Assembly: GCA_039803205.1 (NCBI GenBank)
Contig: JBDRYB010000036.1
Span: forward strand, 3,358-15,737
Origin: a candidate division WOR-3 bacterium
Lineage (GTDB): Bacteria > Hydrothermota > Hydrothermia > JBDRYB01
DNA: 12,380 nt
Direction of reading: 5' to 3'
Positions 7,353-12,380 of the stretch are shown here, one piece after another (positions within the stretch are counted from its first letter, which is position 1; every line of letters begins with the position of its first letter). Made by a program: the position numbers and the translations under genes. A model generated the notes under the pieces. The model made no database searches and was not told the origin of the DNA. It saw only the letters and a list, made by a program, of their open reading frames with translations.

Positions 7353-8059
7353 AGGTACTTGAGTTGAAGGTTCATGGTTTAGTATCCTCGTTCCGGCGCC
7401 CTATGGACCACAATTACCAGAAAACCTTCCCGCTACCACCTCCTACTACCCTACTAGGTTTAGCAGGGGCAGCTCTGGGATTATCTCCTGAGGAAATGTG
7501 GCGAGACGGAAGTAAAATTAGATGCCTTAAATCTACTGTAATTGCTGACAGACCGCCAGGAGTTGCCAAGGATCTATGGAAGATAATGAAGATCGAAGGA
7601 ACAAAGATAAAGACGCGTTCCATCTATACTAGGGAGCTCCTCTTTTTTCCTGCTTACACTATACTATATGCTGGGGCACCGGAATTGCTTGAGGAACTCA
7701 AAGAGGCTTTTGACGATCCTGCCTATTCCCTTTCTTTAGGCAGAGAAGATGAGCTGATAGCTATTATTAAAAACTGCTTTGTTGAAGCAACTCCAACTCC
7801 TCCCGAATTCTCAGGAACCTTTATTCCTGTTGACATACACACGATTCCGGAAGAGAAAATAAAACTCATCTTGGATCAGGAAGGCTTCTTCTCACTCCCT
7901 CAGAGTGTTAAACTGCCCGTATCTTTCAAGATAAACAAAGGCATACGAGAACCAGAAAAAGAGTTATACTTTACCTTTATCCCTAAGGGGCTTAAGATGT
8001 TCGTGGAGGGACTTGAGGCTTTTCAAACCGATGGAAGAGCTTTCTGTTTCTGGCCCTGA
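7349..8059 (+). CDS. cas5: Cas5
   Basis: SFRRP...TFPLPPPTTLLGLAGAALG, RELL, LSLGREDEL; ATGA overlap with cas7. Confidence 0.95.
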   Translation: MKVLELKVHGLVSSFRRPMDHNYQKTFPLPPPTTLLGLAGAALGLSPEEMWRDGSKIRCLKSTVIADRPPGVAKDLWKIMKIEGTKIKTRSIYTRELLFFPAYTILYAGAPELLEELKEAFDDPAYSLSLGREDELIAIIKNCFVEATPTPPEFSGTFIPVDIHTIPEEKIKLILDQEGFFSLPQSVKLPVSFKINKGIREPEKELYFTFIPKGLKMFVEGLEAFQTDGRAFCFWP

Positions 8060-10181
8060 GGAGCTACTGGCCAAACCGGATGTTGGGCTCTTAGAACACA
8101 GTTGCCAGACCTTAGAAACAGGTTGCGTGATAGCCAGGTTACTCAATCTAGATGGTGTGGTTTTTCAAAAGGCTTTATTTGCTTGCCTGTTACATGATGT
8201 TGGCAAAGCAACGAAGAGCTTCCAGAAATATATCAGGAAAGGAACAGGAAAGCGAGTTCCTCATGCTCTGGCATCGTTTCCGTTTGTTTATTTGCTTGAA
8301 AAGGAGGTATTCAAAGATCTTCCTGAGGCTTCCATTGCAGTATTGACTCACCATACTCCAATTCACTCCGATCTCTATAAAGACTATAGGGAATGGAAGC
8401 CCGATTTCCATGAAGCGTTTCTGAAGCTTCTTTTGAGCCTGACAGAGCAGATGAATCTACGGTTAGATAAAGATTTCTTGAGACAGGTTCTTGAGGTATC
8501 ATCTAAACTTCCAGCCTATTATTACTGGACTAAAGCCAATGAGGAACACCGTAGTATCAAGAGGTCGGATTTTGCACAGATAAAAACCATCCTAAATCTG
8601 GCTGATTGGGCCGCGTCAGGCCGGAAAGATCCCAAAGAGTATTTCTTGGTTGAGGGCAGAAAAAGGATTAAAGAACATATTGAGCAAAGAAGGATTAGAC
8701 TCCGCGGTTTCCAGGAAAAATGCTGGGAAGCCGAAACCCCCTTGTTCATTCGAGCACCGACCGGGTCCGGCAAAACCGAAGCCCTGGTTGGGTGGGCCGC
8801 TAAGGCTACCCGAATTATCTACTTGCTTCCAACTCAGGCAACCAGCAACGCAATGTTTGAAAGGCTCAAACACATTTTTTGCGGTCAAACAGGCCTTTCA
8901 CACGGTAAGGCTTCGTTCTACCTGCGTTCAAAGACCGAACTTGAAGAGGAAGAAGAATGGGTTGAAACTCTTCTATCGTCCTCATTTGCCAAACCAGTCA
9001 ATGTGGCAACCCTTGACCAGCTTCTTCTTGCTCATCTGAACGGCAGGCATTGGGAGATAAAGGAGACATTAGCTCGTAATGGGGCAATAGTCTTTGACGA
9101 GATACACGCCTACGAACCGTATACTCTTGGGATATTGTTAAATGCTCTAGGGAATTTGAAGGGCAGTAGGCAAGCCTTTGCGAGCGCTACTTTCCCATCG
9201 CCGCTTTTAAAAACTATAAGAGAATCAATAGGGCAGGAAGGCCAATTAGTTGAAGCAGAGGAAGAATTTTGGAATAAAAGAAGGCACAAAATCCTTGTTT
9301 CCGAGAGGGCCTTGGAAGAGGTTCTGCCCGAGATTGTCGACATGGTGACCAGAGGTAAAAAGGTTCTAGTGGTCCTCAACAGCGTTGATGATGCCCAAAA
9401 TTTCTTCATGCAGGCACGAAAAAGACTCGGAGAAAGGGCTTTTCTTCTGCATAGTCGTTTCATTAATAGAGATAAAGCGAAACTTGAAGAAGTTGCTAAG
9501 AATCCTCCAAGAGGCTCTCTGCTCGTATCCACTCAGGTGGTAGAGGTAAGTCTTGATATATCCTACGAGGCCTTGTTTACGCAGGTGGCTCCTTTGGATG
9601 CCCTAGTTCAACGAATAGGAAGGGTTAATCGCTATGGTGAACTCGGATGCGCGCCAGTTGAGATAATGCCCGAATCGGATAAATCCAAAAAGGTTTATCA
9701 GGAGAAGATCTTTGGCATTCTGGCTTTGACGAGGGAAATTTTAACTTCAATGCCGGATGAGCCATCGGATAGAGAGATGAGGGAAGGAGTCGAGGAGATT
9801 TACAATCATCTTTTCAACTCTGAAAAGTTTCGCAGTGAACTGAAAGATGGACAGAGAGACGCCGAACAACTCCGAGAAAAGTTAGGTATATACACCTTGT
9901 TCCTTGATGAAAAGACCGAACAGAGATTAACCAGGAAGGGAAACCTTACAGTTGAGGTTATTCCGAAAAGATTTGTAACCGAGGCCTACAAGCTCGTTGA
10001 ACAAAAACAATCCTGGAAACTTCCCGAGATAATGGTTCCTGTTCCCTGGTGGTGGTTGAAAAACCGCATAACACAGGGACCGACTTCCTGGTCATTGATT
10101 GCAGATATTGATTATGATGACGTTCTAGGGGCAATTAAGCCTAAGACCGAAGATCCAACAGACGACTGCGCGATTTTTTGA
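8031..10181 (+). CDS. cas3: Cas3, fused HD nuclease and SF2 helicase (ATG 8031 preferred; ORF open from TTG 8013)
   Basis: LAKPD..LLEHS, LHDVGKA, THH, LADWAAS; helicase motifs APTGSGKT, DEIH, SAT, LHSRF, STQVVEVSLDI, QRIGRVNR. Confidence 0.97.
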   Translation: MEELSVSGPEELLAKPDVGLLEHSCQTLETGCVIARLLNLDGVVFQKALFACLLHDVGKATKSFQKYIRKGTGKRVPHALASFPFVYLLEKEVFKDLPEASIAVLTHHTPIHSDLYKDYREWKPDFHEAFLKLLLSLTEQMNLRLDKDFLRQVLEVSSKLPAYYYWTKANEEHRSIKRSDFAQIKTILNLADWAASGRKDPKEYFLVEGRKRIKEHIEQRRIRLRGFQEKCWEAETPLFIRAPTGSGKTEALVGWAAKATRIIYLLPTQATSNAMFERLKHIFCGQTGLSHGKASFYLRSKTELEEEEEWVETLLSSSFAKPVNVATLDQLLLAHLNGRHWEIKETLARNGAIVFDEIHAYEPYTLGILLNALGNLKGSRQAFASATFPSPLLKTIRESIGQEGQLVEAEEEFWNKRRHKILVSERALEEVLPEIVDMVTRGKKVLVVLNSVDDAQNFFMQARKRLGERAFLLHSRFINRDKAKLEEVAKNPPRGSLLVSTQVVEVSLDISYEALFTQVAPLDALVQRIGRVNRYGELGCAPVEIMPESDKSKKVYQEKIFGILALTREILTSMPDEPSDREMREGVEEIYNHLFNSEKFRSELKDGQRDAEQLREKLGIYTLFLDEKTEQRLTRKGNLTVEVIPKRFVTEAYKLVEQKQSWKLPEIMVPVPWWWLKNRITQGPTSWSLIADIDYDDVLGAIKPKTEDPTDDCAIF

Positions 10182-10672
10182 TGCCCATAAACGCCACGAC
10201 CTTCTACTCCTATCTGGTTTGCCCCCGGGAGGCCTGGCTAATGCATCATCACATCTTTCCGGATACCAAAGAGCATTACCATCTAGCCACCGGCCGCCTT
10301 ATTCACCAGGAATCCTATGCTCGTCAGCGCAAGGAGATTCCCGTGGATAATCTGCTGGTGATTGACCTGGTTGAGGGCGAAGGGGTTGTTGCAGAAGTAA
10401 AACGCTCATCAAGACATCCGGAGGCCGCGCGGATGCAATTGGCCTATTACCTTTATTATCTCAAGCACGAGAAGGGATTTGAGACAAGGGGAGTTCTGCT
10501 CTTTCCGAAAGAAAGGAGGCGTGAGATAGTGGAATTGACACCTGAGCTGGAGGCCAGGGTTGAGAGTATCTTAGCAGAAATAAAGGAACTCGTATCGCGG
10601 CCAAATCCGCCTCGGCCAAAGAAGATCAGATACTGTAATCCATGCGGATACAGAGAAATGTGCTGGGGGTAA
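10181..10672 (+). CDS. cas4: Cas4 (ATG 10181, TGATG coupling with cas3)
   Basis: CPREAWL, GRLIH, ID..EVK, QLAYYLY, C-terminal CNPCGYREMC; four Fe-S cysteines. Confidence 0.96.
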   Translation: MPINATTFYSYLVCPREAWLMHHHIFPDTKEHYHLATGRLIHQESYARQRKEIPVDNLLVIDLVEGEGVVAEVKRSSRHPEAARMQLAYYLYYLKHEKGFETRGVLLFPKERRREIVELTPELEARVESILAEIKELVSRPNPPRPKKIRYCNPCGYREMCWG

Positions 10673-10673
10673 G

Positions 10674-11666
10674 ATGCTCAGAGCCATTTATATCTCATCA
10701 AAGTGCACCCTGAAAAGGGGCGACAACACCATCGTGCTTGAAACTGAAGAGGGCAAACAGGTCATTCCCGTGGAGACCGTAGAGGAGATAAAGGTCTTCG
10801 GAGAGGTTGACCTGAACAAGCGTTTCCTTGAGTTTGTGTCGCAGAAGGGAATCCTAATTCATTTTTTCAACCACCACGGCTACTATGTTGGAACATATTA
10901 TCCAAGGGAGCGTTTGAACTCTGGCCTCATAACCCTAAGCCAGGCCGAGCACTATCTTGATCGTGAAAAGAGGCTTTATCTTGCGAAGGCTTTTGTAGTG
11001 GGCGCTATTGGCAACATGCTATTCAACCTTAGGATATACTCCACGAGAGACAGAGAGCTGAGCCGACAGCGCGAGGCCATAGGCGAGCTTCTGAACCGGA
11101 TAAACGAGCCACAGGATACCGAGGAGCTCATGGCCTTGGAGGGCAACGCGCGGGAGATCTACTACACGGCCTTTGACGAGATAATCGCTCAGGAGGGCTT
11201 TGAGTTTGAGTCCAGGACCCGCCGTCCACCGCGCAACCGTCTAAATGCCCTTATCTCCCTTGGTAACTCTCTTATGTATACCACCGCGCTCTCGGAGATA
11301 TACAGGACTCATCTTGATCCAAGGATAGGCTACCTTCACACCCCTAATCAACGGAGCTTCTCGCTGAACCTTGACATAGCAGAAATATTCAAACCCTTGG
11401 TGGTTGACAGGGTGATTTTTGCGCTCCTCAACCGTCAACAAATAAATCCAGGGGATTTTTCCGAGGAAGCGGGAGGTATTTACCTGAAGGAAAACCCACG
11501 CAAAACATTCATCAGGGCATACGAGGAACGTCTATCTGAGACTATAGCTCACAAGAACCTCGGCAGACAGGTCTCATACAGGCGCATGATTCGGCTTGAG
11601 TGCTACAAGCTTTACCGGCACTTCATAGATGAGGAGGATTATGTCCCCTATATACGAAAGGAGTGA
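10674..11666 (+). CDS. cas1: Cas1 (type I-B-like)
   Basis: IHFFNHHGYYVG, LMALEG, RTRRPPRNRLNALISLGN, IGYLH, SLNLDIAEIFKP, ECYKL. Confidence 0.98.
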   Translation: MLRAIYISSKCTLKRGDNTIVLETEEGKQVIPVETVEEIKVFGEVDLNKRFLEFVSQKGILIHFFNHHGYYVGTYYPRERLNSGLITLSQAEHYLDREKRLYLAKAFVVGAIGNMLFNLRIYSTRDRELSRQREAIGELLNRINEPQDTEELMALEGNAREIYYTAFDEIIAQEGFEFESRTRRPPRNRLNALISLGNSLMYTTALSEIYRTHLDPRIGYLHTPNQRSFSLNLDIAEIFKPLVVDRVIFALLNRQQINPGDFSEEAGGIYLKENPRKTFIRAYEERLSETIAHKNLGRQVSYRRMIRLECYKLYRHFIDEEDYVPYIRKE

Positions 11667-11669
11667 ACC

Positions 11670-11936
11670 ATGTTCATAATACTGGTTTATGACGCAGGGG
11701 AAGAGAGAGTGACCAAATTCCTGAAGACCTGTCGTAGATACCTGACCTGGGTCCAGTGCTCTGTATTTGAGGGAGAATTGACCGGCGCGCAGTTTGCGAG
11801 GCTGAAAAGCGACCTGCGCAAGATTATGGAGCCCGATGAAGATTCGGTCATCATCTATACATTCAGAACCAAGCACTACTTTGAACGAGAGGTTATGGGA
11901 CTTGAGAAGGGCTCCTCCGAGGAGTTTATATTCTGA
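11670..11936 (+). CDS. cas2: Cas2
   Basis: ILVYD, YLTWVQCSVFEG, DSVIIY; 88 aa; AAGGAG upstream. Confidence 0.97.
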   Translation: MFIILVYDAGEERVTKFLKTCRRYLTWVQCSVFEGELTGAQFARLKSDLRKIMEPDEDSVIIYTFRTKHYFEREVMGLEKGSSEEFIF

Positions 11937-12056
11937 TCGGACCCCCTGGGGGTTTTGCACTACCGGGGGTCCGGCGACAAAAAGTGCAGTTTCCGAGATC
12001 GAGCACTTGCATTAACCCCTTGTCACCCAATATAATTTGGCAGTTATGCAAACCGG
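11937..12056 (+). promoter_or_regulatory. CRISPR leader with GC-rich inverted repeat and sigma70-type promoter
   Basis: CGGACCCCC (11938-11946) / GGGGGTCCG (11965-11973); TTGCAT (12007-12012), 18-bp spacer, TATAAT (12031-12036), pointing into the array. Confidence 0.85.
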
Positions 12057-12287
12057 GTTTGTAGCCTACCTATGAGGGATTGAAACGTGGGGCAGTTGTG
12101 CAGGTTCAACCGAGACCCAGATATGGTTTGTAGCCTACCTATGAGGGATTGAAACACAGCAAAAGCAATGATTGCCATCTCCTTCTCGCGGGTTTGTAGC
12201 CTACCTATGAGGGATTGAAACGCGAGTGAGCCACTTACCCAGCTGAATGAGCTTATGGTTTGTAGCCTACCTATGAGGGATTGAACC
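12057..12287 (+). CRISPR. CRISPR array: 4 repeats (GTTTGTAGCCTACCTATGAGGGATTGAAAC, 30 bp) and 3 spacers (39, 36, 36 bp)
   Basis: Repeats at 12057-12086, 12126-12155, 12192-12221 and 12258-12287 (the last ends GAACC, one mismatch). The ATTGAAAC end, the leader promoter and the degenerate last repeat all support + orientation. Confidence 0.98.
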
Positions 12288-12322
12288 CACTTCCTGCACG
12301 AATCTCAACCGAGGTGGGTTCA
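12282..12322 (+). other. Stem-loop overlapping the end of the terminal repeat
   Basis: TGAACCCACTTC (12282-12293) pairs with GAGGTGGGTTCA (12311-12322): 11 Watson-Crick pairs and 1 G-U, 17-nt loop, no U-tract. Confidence 0.6.
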
Positions 12323-12380
12323 GGGCCTAAAAACGGTCTTTGGAGGATGGGGGGAAGGATCTTTCTAGGGTTCTATTGCT

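Noticed and set aside
8152..11960. Alternative-frame and antisense ORFs within cas3, cas1 and cas2
   Set aside because: Overlap well-supported cas genes and carry no motifs.
3132..12287. CRISPR-associated transposon (CAST)
   Set aside because: No TnsB/TnsC/TniQ, Cas3 is intact, and the IS is closed by its own IRs and target duplication before cas6.
12087..12313. Short similarities between spacer 1 and the trailer (TCAACCGAG direct; CCTGCAC inverted)
   Set aside because: Only 7-9 nt and in inconsistent orientations; not enough for self-targeting or duplication.
4061..12359. TCCTTCCCC (4061-4069) and GGGGAAGGA (12351-12359) as inverted ends around the cas locus
   Set aside because: 9-bp low-complexity match with no target duplication or matching mobility gene.
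12347..12380. Possible ORF start at the window end
   Set aside because: Too short to evaluate, and GGAGG directly abuts the ATG.

Overview
The window has three parts. (i) 1-3063 is the end of a co-oriented gene block: the 3' end of an upstream gene with a tandem-repeat acidic tail, a 712-aa bacterial dynamin-like GTPase, and a single-pass membrane protein of unknown function. (ii) 3132-4055 is a decayed, internally deleted IS1634-family element that still has both terminal inverted repeats and a CTAA target duplication. (iii) 4141-12322 is an apparently complete type I-B (Cst1/DevR-type) CRISPR-Cas locus: cas6-cas8-cas7-cas5-cas3-cas4-cas1-cas2, a leader, and a 4-repeat/3-spacer array. Features not shown by the ORF track include a probable hidden cas11 inside cas8, three sigma70-like promoters (one suggesting a leaderless cas6 mRNA), and a hairpin that sequesters the terminal repeat. 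Removing the IS in silico restores a hairpin across the junction, which suggests the dynamin block sat about 185 bp from cas6 before the insertion. The best candidate for a novel system is the acidic-tail protein + dynamin + membrane-anchor module beside CRISPR-Cas. All calls come from reading motifs by eye; no database searches were run.
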